From: Shigella phage SP18
Reading direction: 5' to 3' (one strand)
Sequence record: GQ981382
DNA: 64,000 nt
Part shown: in pieces, positions 42,086 to 51,225 of the stretch
Position numbering within the stretch: the first letter of the stretch is position 1
Layout of the letters: every line of letters starts with the position of its first letter
Made by a program: the position numbers and the translations under genes
The notes under the pieces: generated by a model
What the model was told of the DNA's origin: nothing
Seen by the model: only the letters and a program-made list of their open reading frames with translations
Databases searched by the model: none

Positions 42086-43366
42086 ATGGCTAAAATTAAC
42101 GAACTCTTAAAAGAGTCGACCACGACCACAAGTTCTTCGATTGGTCGACCGAATCTAGTAGCTTTAACCAGAGCTACGACTAAACTGATTTACACCGATT
42201 TAGTAGCACAACAGCGCACATCCCAGCCACTGGCGGCATTATACGGTCTTAAATACCTGACTCAGCAAGATGAATTATCTTTCCAGACTGGTGCAACCTA
42301 TTCCGGTGCAGTATCAGTAAAAGACCGTGCGACCATTCCGGTTTTTGTTGCTGGCGCAGTTTATGCTAAAGACGATTTGTTCCAGTTTGAAAATGTAGTT
42401 TATAAAGCGCTGGTAGCAACTCCATTTGCTGGAGCAACGGGCGATGAGTATGACCAGCTTCAAGAAGCGATGGTTAAATTGACCATCCGTATTATGTCCG
42501 AAGCTGCAATCACCGAACGTTTTGAAGGACCACAGGAAGTCGAAATTGCCGAAGCTAAATTTTTGGTTAACAAATGGAATGCTCCGGTTAAATCTCGTAA
42601 GCTGAAAAGCACTGTTACAGTGGAACTGGCCCAGGACCTGGAAGCAAACGGTTTTGACGCTCCAAACTTCCTGGAAGACCTGTTAGCTACCGAAATGGCT
42701 GATGAAATTAACAAAGATATCCTGCAATCCCTGGTAACAGTTTCCAAGCGTTATAAAGTTGCTGGGCTATGTGATGATGGCCTGATTGACCTGTCTTATA
42801 CTAACTCTCCGGAAGCTTCACGCAAGTTGTACGAAATCATGTGTGAGATGGTCTCCCATATTCAGCGGGCAACTTCTTACACCGCAACATACGTTGTTGC
42901 TTCTACGCGTGTAGCTGCAGTTTTGGCTGGTTCCGGTTGGTTGAAGCATCGTCCACAAGATGAGAAATATCTCTCCGATAATGCGTATGGTTTCTTGGAT
43001 AATGGTCTACCGCTTTATTGCGATACGAACACTCCATTTGATTATGTGACTGTTGGTGTTAAAGAAGATTTCGGTGGGAAAGAGATGGTGGGTTCACTGT
43101 TTTATGCACCTTATACCGAAGGTCTTGACCTGGAAGACCCTGAACATGTTGGTTCGTTCAAAGTTGTCGTTGACCCAGAAAGTTTGCAGCCGTCTATTGC
43201 ATTAATGGTTCGTTATGCGTTAGCAGCTAACCCTTATACAGTGACTGCTGATGATAAACAAGCTCGTATTATTGATGCAACAAATATGGATTTGATGGCA
43301 GGACGTTCAGATATGTCTGTACTGCTTGGTGTGAAACTTCCTAAAGTTCTGACTGAAATAAATTAA
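42086..43366 (+). CDS. 24: gp24 head vertex protein
   Basis: 426 aa; late promoter at 42053-42060. Confidence 0.9.
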   Translation: MAKINELLKESTTTTSSSIGRPNLVALTRATTKLIYTDLVAQQRTSQPLAALYGLKYLTQQDELSFQTGATYSGAVSVKDRATIPVFVAGAVYAKDDLFQFENVVYKALVATPFAGATGDEYDQLQEAMVKLTIRIMSEAAITERFEGPQEVEIAEAKFLVNKWNAPVKSRKLKSTVTVELAQDLEANGFDAPNFLEDLLATEMADEINKDILQSLVTVSKRYKVAGLCDDGLIDLSYTNSPEASRKLYEIMCEMVSHIQRATSYTATYVVASTRVAAVLAGSGWLKHRPQDEKYLSDNAYGFLDNGLPLYCDTNTPFDYVTVGVKEDFGGKEMVGSLFYAPYTEGLDLEDPEHVGSFKVVVDPESLQPSIALMVRYALAANPYTVTADDKQARIIDATNMDLMAGRSDMSVLLGVKLPKVLTEIN

Positions 43367-43369
43367 AAA

Positions 43370-43394
43370 GGGACCTTCGGGTCCCTTTATTTTT
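43370..43394. terminator. bidirectional terminator GGGACC-TTCG-GGTCCC between gene 24 (+) and rnlB (-)
   Basis: Hairpin flanked by A-run upstream and T-run downstream. Confidence 0.7.
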
Positions 43395-44400
43395 ATTCAC
43401 TAACTAATGCAATCCAAACATGTCTTAATGTTTCTCTTACATTTGCGATGAGTTGCTTTTTAACTTCAACAGGATTTTCCGTCAGAGACAATTCAAGACC
43501 TTCGCGCCCCGCTTCTTCCAGAATATCTTGGACTGTTAACCCCATTACCTTTCCAAAATCCTTCGGTGTTACTTCCCCAATTTTACTGATAACATTGTTG
43601 ATACGGTTAACAGTCACATAATCAGTGAAATTCCACAGTAAATCCATATCATTTTGGCTCAGAACCACTGCAGCCTTAATAGGCTTATCAGACTTTTTCT
43701 TTTCACTGAATTTAGAGTTCTTACATTTAATCGCCACACGCTCGCCGTTAGGTAACCAGGCAGGAACATCAGGTTTTAATACAAATCCTTCAGCAGTGAA
43801 TACTTTACCTTCCACCTTTGCATCAAAATCAGTGGTATTTGCTGTAGTCAATCCTGCGTTATCCACTGTAAAATTGTAATCAGGGACCACAGAATCCAGG
43901 TCATTAGGTAGCTTAATTAATTCTTCAAAACTACCTGTAGCCAGGCGCGGGGCAACTTTAAACTTATGAATAATACAAAAGGCTTCCATAAGTGTGTCAG
44001 TCAGGACGGATTCAGAGCCATCTTCCTTAGTAACGCGGATATCAAACACATAGAAATCTTTATCGCCGTAATTCACATTCTTCTGAATACCTGTACCAGC
44101 AAACTCACCATAAATCTGATATGCCTGGTAATTAATATCCTGCAAAAGTTTCTGCACAGATTTAATAGAATCTACGTAGTTCTTTAATACAATTTCATAA
44201 CCATAGAAATCTTCTGCAGGTAGGATAGGTCCAGTGCGTTTCGCGCATGTCACATTGTCTTGTTCAATAATTAATGAAAAATTGGTACCATGAATTTTCT
44301 CGCGGGCTACCCATTCACCGCTGGTGAAGCCTTGTAGGCGAATTTTTTCAATGAATTTGTTGTTATAGTGATTTTCAAGGCTGTTATATTTCTTAAACAT
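43393..44400 (-). CDS. rnlB: RNA ligase 2 (RnlB)
   Basis: [13 protein letters not shown]...[16 protein letters not shown]... matches recalled T4 Rnl2 including KxHG motif. Confidence 0.9.
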   Translation of the reverse strand: MFKKYNSLENHYNNKFIEKIRLQGFTSGEWVAREKIHGTNFSLIIEQDNVTCAKRTGPILPAEDFYGYEIVLKNYVDSIKSVQKLLQDINYQAYQIYGEFAGTGIQKNVNYGDKDFYVFDIRVTKEDGSESVLTDTLMEAFCIIHKFKVAPRLATGSFEELIKLPNDLDSVVPDYNFTVDNAGLTTANTTDFDAKVEGKVFTAEGFVLKPDVPAWLPNGERVAIKCKNSKFSEKKKSDKPIKAAVVLSQNDMDLLWNFTDYVTVNRINNVISKIGEVTPKDFGKVMGLTVQDILEEAGREGLELSLTENPVEVKKQLIANVRETLRHVWIALVSE

Positions 44401-44486
44401 ATTCTCTCACTTTTGATGTTATAAATATCATTATAAATTAGACCCACTATACTTTCTTTCTCTGAAAGGAATTAATAGTTGCAAAG

Positions 44487-44525
44487 GGTCTAGAACCATT
44501 ATACCGCATTTTTATTTGAAGCAAA
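44487..44525 (-). promoter_or_regulatory. MotA-box middle promoter (TTTGCTTCA-N13-TATAAT-GGTTCTAGACC) upstream of rnlB
   Basis: Canonical box/-10 spacing; conserved start block. Confidence 0.6.
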
Positions 44526-44530
44526 AAGGG

Positions 44531-44794
44531 TCAGAATTTTACATACAGCATTGGCTTGGATTCTTGCCAATCATAATTCCAGGTAAAAGATGTAAATTTT
44601 TCTGCTCGCAGAAATTCAGATATCTTTGTGCGGTTTCCTTCTTCATACTCTTTTTCAGAAACTGCCATATTAACAGCATCTTTGCCATTTTCAGCGGCGG
44701 CAATAGCCACTTTGCGAAATATAGAAATAAAGTCATTTGCAACTTTATCTTGTGACTCTTTGGCTATTTGGCGTAGTTCTTCTGCGAATGTCAT
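44531..44794 (-). CDS. hypothetical protein
   Basis: ORF track 87 aa between rnlB and hoc. Confidence 0.5.
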   Translation of the reverse strand: MTFAEELRQIAKESQDKVANDFISIFRKVAIAAAENGKDAVNMAVSEKEYEEGNRTKISEFLRAEKFTSFTWNYDWQESKPMLYVKF

Positions 44795-44994
44795 TTCTTC
44801 ACCTTTTTGTTATTCAAACGTTTACGATAAACAATCTTTTCTTTCGCTTTAAATTTAGCTTTAGCTTGCTCTACATCAACCCAGGCCTTTGCCATCTCTT
44901 TAGCAGTCCCGCCTAATACCTTGGCGATTTCAATAAATGTCATACCAGATTCATGCAGAAAATGTACTTTAACCTTATCCATAATGATTCTCAT
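44791..44994 (-). CDS. hypothetical small basic protein with possible helix-turn-helix
   Basis: ORF track 67 aa; ATGA overlap with downstream gene. Confidence 0.45.
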   Translation of the reverse strand: MRIIMDKVKVHFLHESGMTFIEIAKVLGGTAKEMAKAWVDVEQAKAKFKAKEKIVYRKRLNNKKVKK

Positions 44995-45088
44995 GTTGAG
45001 TTAGTGAAGCTATCTTAACATGGAATTTTTAACTTGTAAACAGGGTTTTTATGCCAGGCAACGCTTGCCCAGTACCATAAAAAATAAA

Positions 45089-45110
45089 GGGACCTTCGGG
45101 TCCCTTTTTA
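45089..45110 (-). terminator. terminator GGGACC-TTCG-GGTCCC downstream of hoc (minus strand)
   Basis: Hairpin with flanking A/T runs. Confidence 0.65.
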
Positions 45111-45111
45111 A

Positions 45112-45960
45112 TTAATAAACGTAATCGTATATAATACCAGCTTCTAAAGCGGTGCGATGAATAATTCGACCATTACGAGATTCTTGTACATCAACCTCTG
45201 GATAGTCGGTAATCATTTTTTGAAGGGTATATCGGTGCAAATAATATGGGCTATCTGGAGCATCAGTTTTCCAGTCTTGTCCAGCAAGAGTCATTTTCTG
45301 AATTTCGTCCATAACCCACCAACCACACCAGATATAAGCTGAATTACGAACTGGCAGCGGATGAACGTAAGGTAATTCGCCATCTGGAACTGGTGCGACT
45401 TTAGCCGTGACTGTTACATTACCAGTTTTTGTGACAGTCACCGGGTCATAATCAGTCGCCGAAACCACAACAGAAACTTCAATAACCTGTGAACCTTCAG
45501 CGCTTGTATCGATTACCAGAGTATCCGTGGTGCCAACTACAGGAGAACCGTCTTTCTTCCAAGAATAGGCAAAAGTAGCATCACCAGGTGCGCCAACTAC
45601 ATCCGCTTTAAAAGAAGCCGGAGTACCTTCCTGAACATTAATTGATTCTGGGGTTAATGTCACAGAAACATCAGACATAGTTTTATTCTGGATAGTTAAA
45701 GTCGTCTCAGCTTCAGCTGTTTCTGGTTCGCCGTCCGCTGGTGTAGTTGTTGCAACAACTTTAATAGTCTTGCTACCTGCTGGACCAACAGCAACATAAT
45801 CCATTGCAGCAGTCACAGAAGATTGAGGAACACCATCAACGGTCCAGACAAATGATTCGGTACCTTCAGCTGCAGCACCGGAACCGGTTGCAGTGAAATT
45901 GGTTGTTGCTCCAATAACGGCCGTAGCCGCCAAAGGAGCAATATCTACGGTATAAGCCAT
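45112..45960 (-). CDS. hoc: Hoc outer capsid protein, apparently with two Ig-like domains (T4 Hoc is longer)
   Basis: C-terminal ...PYVHPLPVRNSAYIWCGWWVMDEIQKMT...YYLHRYTLQKM... matches recalled T4 Hoc capsid-binding region. Confidence 0.85.
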   Translation of the reverse strand: MAYTVDIAPLAATAVIGATTNFTATGSGAAAEGTESFVWTVDGVPQSSVTAAMDYVAVGPAGSKTIKVVATTTPADGEPETAEAETTLTIQNKTMSDVSVTLTPESINVQEGTPASFKADVVGAPGDATFAYSWKKDGSPVVGTTDTLVIDTSAEGSQVIEVSVVVSATDYDPVTVTKTGNVTVTAKVAPVPDGELPYVHPLPVRNSAYIWCGWWVMDEIQKMTLAGQDWKTDAPDSPYYLHRYTLQKMITDYPEVDVQESRNGRIIHRTALEAGIIYDYVY

Positions 45961-45969
45961 AATAAACCC

Positions 45970-46635
45970 TTATTTTAAAGTGACAAAAGATGAGTTACGA
46001 GTTTCTCGTACTAGAACAGACCCATTACGATTGATGTAATAAATCAAACTGAATAGAGTTTGGTGCGCGGTGGGATGTGGGAAAGCAGTTGGACGTTCTT
46101 TCCAATCTGGAGTCTCGGCAATCCACTGATAAATCCACCATGGAACAGTACAGAATCCAGGGTTCTTACCAATAAGCATTAAATTCGGGCTAAAGTTTTT
46201 TGGCAAATCAAATACAGGTTTTTCAGATTCGATAACCTTAGCAACAGCAGCTTCGAACTTTTCTTCGACAAAAGGAACGTCCTCTTCGACCAAAACAACT
46301 GGTTCTTCGATTTCAACAACTTCAACCTTTGCTTCGGTTGGAGCATCAAATAAGAGCTTAGCTTCTTCTTTAGCTGACTCATCGCCATCAAATTTAGCAC
46401 CTGACAATTCGTCATCGGCATCGATAAGGTCAGTGATGCTCAGTCCCTCATTATCATCAGGCATGGGCATGTCAGCAAATGCTTTAAGCCCTGCTTCCAG
46501 GTCAGCCAACATATTATCAAAGGTTTTTGTTTTCTTAACATCAACACCAAGTGATGCTGCATATTCGGCTAATTTTTCTTTGGCTTCTTTTTTCTCGAGG
46601 ACACGAATTTCCTCAATGTAGTTCTTGTCAATCAT
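45970..46635 (-). CDS. inh: Inh-like protein (inhibitor of prohead protease), assigned mainly by position
   Basis: 221 aa, acidic, directly downstream of hoc as in T4. Confidence 0.55.
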   Translation of the reverse strand: MIDKNYIEEIRVLEKKEAKEKLAEYAASLGVDVKKTKTFDNMLADLEAGLKAFADMPMPDDNEGLSITDLIDADDELSGAKFDGDESAKEEAKLLFDAPTEAKVEVVEIEEPVVLVEEDVPFVEEKFEAAVAKVIESEKPVFDLPKNFSPNLMLIGKNPGFCTVPWWIYQWIAETPDWKERPTAFPHPTAHQTLFSLIYYINRNGSVLVRETRNSSFVTLK

Positions 46636-46653
46636 GATGAACCTCGGTTAGTG

Positions 46654-46661
46654 TATAAATA
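46654..46661 (+). promoter_or_regulatory. late promoter TATAAATA upstream of uvsW
   Basis: Exact consensus 29 nt before ATG. Confidence 0.6.
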
Positions 46662-46689
46662 TAGATATATTTATTACCTTGGAATCATC

Positions 46690-48189
46690 ATGGATATTAA
46701 AATCAACTTTCTAAATTTTAGTCACGTGCATGTTGAATGTGAAGATGGAATCTTCTACGAACTCCGTGATTACTTCAGCTTCGAAGCTGAAAACTATCGC
46801 TTCAATCCAAAGTTCAAGCAGGGAGTTTGGGACGGACGAATCCGCCTCCTGGATTACAATCGTAAATTACCATACGGTTTGGTTAATCAAATTAAAAAGT
46901 TCGCTGACCAGTTTGGTTATTCATTCTGGATTGACCCGCAAATCACCGAGAAAGAAGAAATCTCTCGCGAAGAATTCGACAAATGGGTTGAGTCAAAAGA
47001 AATCTATTCAGGCAATACCAAGATAACGCCTCATTGGTATCAATCTGACGCCGTATATGACGGTCTGGTCAACAGAAGAAAGATTCTGAACTTACCTACG
47101 TCTGCAGGTAAAAGCCTCATCCAGGCGCTTCTGGCGCGATATTATCTCGAGAACTATGAAGGCAAGGTGCTTATCCTTGTTCCTACAACCGCGCTTGTTG
47201 ACCAGATGATTAATGACTTTGTTGATTATCGGCTTTTCCCTCGTGAAGCTTGTCTGGGTATTCGTTCCGGGACTAAACGCGATTCTGATGCGATGATTTA
47301 TGTATCGACTTATCAGACGGCTGTAAAACAACCTAAAGAATGGTTTGGCCAGTTTGGCCAGTTTATGAATGACGAATGCCACATGGCTACAGGTAAATCG
47401 ATTTCGACGGTTATCGAAGGCCTTACGAATTGCATGTTTAAATTTGGTCTGTCAGGTTCACTCCGTGATGGCAAAGCCAACCTTATGCAATATATGGGTC
47501 TGTTTGGTGATATCTTTAAACCAGTATCAACATCCAAATTGATGGAAGATGGCCAGGTTACTGACCTTAAAATAAATAGTATTTTCCTTCGTTACCCTGA
47601 TGAATTCACTGTTAAAATGAAAGGTAAAACTTATCAGGATGAAATTAAGGTAATTACAAAAGCTACACGCCGAAATAAATGGGTAACAAATCTTGCTCTC
47701 AAGCTTGCTAAAAAAGATGAAAACGTCTTTTTGATGTTTAAGAATATCGAGCACGGTAAATCGATGTTTGAAATGCTTAAGGAAGCTGGTCATGAGAAAG
47801 TGTATTATGTTTCCGGGGAAGTTGATACCGAAACCCGTAATGCTCTGAAGGTCATGGCAGAGAATGGAAAGGGAATTATTGTTGTAGCTTCATACGGTGT
47901 ATTCTCAACGGGGATTTCCGTTAAAAACCTCCATCATATTATTTTCGCTCACCCGGTCAAGTCAAAGGTAATTGTACTCCAGACAATTGGTCGTGTGCTT
48001 CGAAAACATGAATCCAAATCACAAGCAAACGTTTTTGATATCGTTGATGATATGGGTGTTAAACCTAAATCAGCAAATGCTAAAAAGAAATATGTTCATC
48101 TTAACTTTGCCCTAAAACATGGCCTTGAACGTATACAACGATATGCTGATGAACGTTTTAACTATGTAATTAAACAGGTGGAAATTTGA
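46690..48189 (+). CDS. uvsW: UvsW helicase
   Basis: ATG at 46690; MDIKINFLNFSHV... and helicase motifs (LPTSAGKS, MNDECH) match recalled T4 UvsW; late promoter at 46654-46661. Confidence 0.9.
   Translation: MDIKINFLNFSHVHVECEDGIFYELRDYFSFEAENYRFNPKFKQGVWDGRIRLLDYNRKLPYGLVNQIKKFADQFGYSFWIDPQITEKEEISREEFDKWVESKEIYSGNTKITPHWYQSDAVYDGLVNRRKILNLPTSAGKSLIQALLARYYLENYEGKVLILVPTTALVDQMINDFVDYRLFPREACLGIRSGTKRDSDAMIYVSTYQTAVKQPKEWFGQFGQFMNDECHMATGKSISTVIEGLTNCMFKFGLSGSLRDGKANLMQYMGLFGDIFKPVSTSKLMEDGQVTDLKINSIFLRYPDEFTVKMKGKTYQDEIKVITKATRRNKWVTNLALKLAKKDENVFLMFKNIEHGKSMFEMLKEAGHEKVYYVSGEVDTETRNALKVMAENGKGIIVVASYGVFSTGISVKNLHHIIFAHPVKSKVIVLQTIGRVLRKHESKSQANVFDIVDDMGVKPKSANAKKKYVHLNFALKHGLERIQRYADERFNYVIKQVEI
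48168..48185 (+). repeat. 18-bp direct repeat AATTAAACAGGTGGAAAT, copy 1 (3' end of uvsW)
   Basis: Exact second copy at 48860-48877 at the 3' end of the HNH endonuclease gene. Confidence 0.9.
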
Positions 48190-48877
48190 ATTATCAAAAA
48201 ATATATGATGATTTAATTGGGAGTCGAAAGGCTTCCAAACCGATTGGATACACGGAATCTCACCATATCATTCCAGAATGTATGGGTGGACCTGATACAC
48301 AAGAAAACAGAGTCAACCTTACTCCGGAAGAACATTTCGTTGCGCATAAATTATTGGCCAAAATTCATCCTAATCATTACGGTCTTATAAAGGCCGTCAT
48401 TGCTATGGGTATGAGCTCTCGAACACATCAACGACAATTCAATAAATCGTATGGATGGGAGCGTAGACAAATGTCAGTTCTTCAAACTGGTGAAGGCAAT
48501 CCTTTTTATGGTAAACACCATACTGAAGAACATAAAGAATATATGAGCCAATTATTAAAGGGTCGCAAAATAACTTGGGCTGATAAAATATCCGCGACAA
48601 AGAAAGCGAATCCGTATAAATACTCTCAAGCACAATGTCAAGCTATATCTGAAAGAAATAAAGGTGAAGGTAATTGGATGTATGGTAAATCACATACACC
48701 AGAAGCATCAAAGAAAATTTCAGATAAAGCAAAAGAACGTTATAAGGACCCATCCAAAAATCCTGCCGCTAAGAAAGTGGTTTTAAACGGGATTGAATAT
48801 GGTTCGATGAAGCAAGCTTCTGTAGCAACGGGGCTTTCTTTATATAAAATCAGAAATTTAATTAAACAGGTGGAAAT
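48186..48877 (+). mobile_element. free-standing HNH homing-endonuclease cassette inserted between uvsW and uvsW.1
   Basis: HNH ORF bounded by 18-bp direct repeats; uvsW and uvsW.1 are adjacent in T4. Confidence 0.6.
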
Positions 48878-48881
48878 ATAA
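48186..48881 (+). CDS. HNH homing endonuclease (mob-like) with NUMOD3-like repeats
   Basis: TTG start overlapping uvsW stop; ESHHIIP...N...EH HNH core; inserted between uvsW and uvsW.1. Confidence 0.7.
   Translation: MNYQKIYDDLIGSRKASKPIGYTESHHIIPECMGGPDTQENRVNLTPEEHFVAHKLLAKIHPNHYGLIKAVIAMGMSSRTHQRQFNKSYGWERRQMSVLQTGEGNPFYGKHHTEEHKEYMSQLLKGRKITWADKISATKKANPYKYSQAQCQAISERNKGEGNWMYGKSHTPEASKKISDKAKERYKDPSKNPAAKKVVLNGIEYGSMKQASVATGLSLYKIRNLIKQVEI
48860..48877 (+). repeat. 18-bp direct repeat AATTAAACAGGTGGAAAT, copy 2
   Basis: Exact match to 48168-48185; both encode the terminal IKQVEI. Confidence 0.9.
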
Positions 48882-49108
48882 TGAAATCCTTCGAAGAAAT
48901 TATGTACGAAGCATCAATTGAAGGCTTTATGGCTAAGATTGGCTCCTGTCAGACCATGGACGGTCTGAAGGAGTTGGAAGGCTATTATAAGAAACGCAGC
49001 AAAGAAGCTGAACTGAAAGATTCCGATGATATCAGTGTTCGTGACGCTCTTGCCGGTAAACGCGCCGAGCTTGAGGATATGGACGACGACGAAGACGAAG
49101 ATTTCTAA
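48881..49108 (+). CDS. uvsW.1: UvsW.1 small acidic protein
   Basis: 75 aa with acidic tail DDDEDEDF, TAATG start, in conserved position. Confidence 0.7.
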   Translation: MKSFEEIMYEASIEGFMAKIGSCQTMDGLKELEGYYKKRSKEAELKDSDDISVRDALAGKRAELEDMDDDEDEDF

Positions 49109-49115
49109 ATAAAAA

Positions 49116-49150
49116 GGCCCCAACCAAAAGGAAGGGGCAAAACCAAAAAA
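49116..49150 (-). terminator. rho-independent terminator for minus-strand uvsY operon (GCCCC-loop-GGGGC then U-run on minus)
   Basis: Stem 49117-49121/49134-49138, A-rich plus-strand flank 49139-49150. Confidence 0.6.
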
Positions 49151-49166
49151 TGGTTAACAACACTAG

Positions 49167-49334
49167 CTAAATTAAAAGTTGGGTCTCGTTCAGTTGCTCT
49201 TCTGTATTTTCCGTAACTGGCAAACTCTGAACATAATTATAACAGGCGCCCGGATGCACCGGACCTTGGTCTGTATCCACAACCAATGCAGAATCGATTG
49301 GAGTTTTACAGACAACACAAATCTTATCTGACAT
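49167..49334 (-). CDS. small Cys-containing protein (55 aa), position of T4 uvsY.-2
   Basis: Manual translation MSDKICVVCKTPIDS...; below the 60-aa track cutoff; followed by minus-strand terminator. Confidence 0.4.
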   Translation of the reverse strand: MSDKICVVCKTPIDSALVVDTDQGPVHPGACYNYVQSLPVTENTEEQLNETQLLI

Positions 49335-49362
49335 GATTGTCTCCTCAGTTAAACTTACATAT

Positions 49363-49473
49363 CTATTTAGTGCTCTTCATAATAGCAGCACGAGCTTTCA
49401 TCTCATTAACAATTTCAGTTATTCGGTTTGCAGAGATAACCATCTCGTCAAGAATCTTACTAATATTTTTCAT
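49363..49473 (-). CDS. tiny ORF (36 aa) immediately downstream of uvsY.-1
   Basis: ATG 1 nt after uvsY.-1 stop with AAGGAA 5 nt upstream. Confidence 0.3.
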   Translation of the reverse strand: MKNISKILDEMVISANRITEIVNEMKARAAIMKSTK

Positions 49474-49707
49474 TTAATTTTCCTTAAAGTATCTCATACC
49501 GGTATCTATCCCCATATTGTGAGAATAGAACGCATCATCGATGTATCCTGCAAATTTACCTTTAACATAGATAACATCTTCACCACAAGGGTGGTCAGCG
49601 CAGATACGAATATCCGCACGATTCAATTTCCATTCCTTCATCATATACTTAATTTCTTCTTCGAACTCTTCGTCTTGGTTAAACGCATCGTCGATAGAAT
49701 ATCGCAT
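49474..49707 (-). CDS. UvsY.-1-like protein
   Basis: 77 aa directly downstream of uvsY, translationally coupled. Confidence 0.6.
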   Translation of the reverse strand: MRYSIDDAFNQDEEFEEEIKYMMKEWKLNRADIRICADHPCGEDVIYVKGKFAGYIDDAFYSHNMGIDTGMRYFKEN

Positions 49708-50141
49708 TACTTGCCTGCCTCGAATTGTCTTATTTCTAACATATGTTTAAGTGCGAAACTTCGTGACTTAACACCATCTAATGCAGCGCTACAGAAGTCC
49801 TGGAGTAGTGCCCAATACTGAATTGAAGTATCAATCTTCAGTATGTTTGAATCTGCGGCCATGACTGTTTTCAATTCTGACTTCTCGTATACATCCATGC
49901 ATACTTCTTCCCCTGGGTCACCCCTTCCTGTATAATGGTCTAGCCGTTTTTTCAGTGCAGTTTTCTTCTGAATCTCAAGACGCATTATTTCTTTCTTGCA
50001 GTTGGTATACAATCTCAACCATTTGCTATGCAACAAAACGTTGTTTTGTGTTTCATATTGAAGTTGCGTACCATCAATTTTTAAATCTGCATCCAACTCA
50101 TCCTGAAAGACTTCTAACTTATATTCAATCTCTGTTTTCAT
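49707..50141 (-). CDS. uvsY: UvsY recombination mediator
   Basis: ATG at 50139-50141; ...LQYETQNNVLLHSKWL...YWALLQDFCSAALDGVKSRSFALKHMLEIRQFEAGK matches recalled T4 UvsY; MotA-type promoter upstream. Confidence 0.9.
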   Translation of the reverse strand: MKTEIEYKLEVFQDELDADLKIDGTQLQYETQNNVLLHSKWLRLYTNCKKEIMRLEIQKKTALKKRLDHYTGRGDPGEEVCMDVYEKSELKTVMAADSNILKIDTSIQYWALLQDFCSAALDGVKSRSFALKHMLEIRQFEAGK

Positions 50142-50158
50142 AATGTATCCAATGTAAG

Positions 50159-50196
50159 GGTCTAGAACCATTATACAGCCATAAAATTAAAGCATT
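50159..50196 (-). promoter_or_regulatory. MotA-box middle promoter (AATGCTTTA-N12-TATAAT-GGTTCTAGACC) upstream of uvsY
   Basis: T4 uvsY is a classical MotA-dependent middle gene; motif 18 nt upstream of ATG. Confidence 0.65.
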
Positions 50197-50584
50197 AACC
50201 GTTTTGACTTAACTGAATCCTGATTTGTTCGAGGGTGTCAGGGTCATCAACAATGCTAAACTGAACCGTTACGATAATGGAGTTATCATCATACATAGGG
50301 ACAACTGCAACCCGTAGATTGCTTATCCGTGGTTCGAAGTTCCGCACAGCGGAGACGATGTTGCGTTTAATGGTATCTGTGATTAATGGAGTGATATTCT
50401 CAAAAAGCTGATTACTTATATCACATCCAAATTCAGGCATAAAAGGCCTTGACCCTTTTCTTGTGGTGATTATTCCCAGAAGGCTGTTCTTAACAGACCT
50501 TGCGCCGGTTACTTTAGCAACGTCTTTATCCCAACTCATTGACAAGTCAGGAGACACATCGCTATACATTTTGTTTATATTCAT
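50195..50584 (-). CDS. 25: gp25 baseplate wedge subunit
   Basis: MNINKMYSDVSPDLSMSWDKDV... matches recalled T4 gp25. Confidence 0.9.
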   Translation of the reverse strand: MNINKMYSDVSPDLSMSWDKDVAKVTGARSVKNSLLGIITTRKGSRPFMPEFGCDISNQLFENITPLITDTIKRNIVSAVRNFEPRISNLRVAVVPMYDDNSIIVTVQFSIVDDPDTLEQIRIQLSQNG

Positions 50585-51208
50585 TTACATAAACTTAAAG
50601 AATTCTTTAAGCCCCTTAATTACATGGACAGAATGCGCTCCACACTCGCAAGAGATAGGAATAGCCATTTGGACCTGTGGCTTGAGAAGTTCTTCCGTTA
50701 GTGCATTTATATCATCGAGGGTAATTGCATTGTACAGGTCCTCGATTTCGGCTTCATTTAAGTCATCAACAACGATGCGCTCACCGCCTTCCGTGATAAT
50801 ATATTCGATACAACAAGCAATCATTTTTCCTTTATCGCCATCTTCAAACAGCCCAGGATAACGGAATTTAATTTTAAACGCCCCGAAATCACGAATAACT
50901 TCAGACTCATCCACGATGCTTGCGCGACTTATAGTCACAGGAATATCTTGTTCCTTTCCGCACTCACATATCCATGTATGCTCGACGTTAACAGCTCCGA
51001 GACTATTTGCCCAGAGATTAATAAGAAGCAGTTCAGCTTCCTGTTTGTTTAACCCTTTAGCATCAGTGCATTTATTAAGCAGTTCAATTATTGCAGGTTC
51101 CATACGCTTTTCTAATTTTGCTTGAAGCAAATCTTTGTATTCGCGCAAGGTAAAAGCCCTACAATTTATAGTTTTATTTTTAATTTGGACAATAAATTCA
51201 TAAGTCAT
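50585..51208 (-). CDS. 26: gp26 baseplate hub subunit
   Basis: ATG at 51206-51208 with AAGGAG RBS; 207 aa; minus-strand TATAAATA 16 nt upstream. Confidence 0.75.
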   Translation of the reverse strand: MTYEFIVQIKNKTINCRAFTLREYKDLLQAKLEKRMEPAIIELLNKCTDAKGLNKQEAELLLINLWANSLGAVNVEHTWICECGKEQDIPVTISRASIVDESEVIRDFGAFKIKFRYPGLFEDGDKGKMIACCIEYIITEGGERIVVDDLNEAEIEDLYNAITLDDINALTEELLKPQVQMAIPISCECGAHSVHVIKGLKEFFKFM

Positions 51209-51225
51209 AATTTGCTCCTTTACTG

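Noticed and set aside
44995-45045. Early promoter (GTTTAC-N18-TAAGAT) upstream of the 67-aa gene at 44791-44994
   Set aside because: Predicted transcript start would leave only about 10 nt of leader with no RBS; start codon or promoter assignment is too uncertain to annotate.
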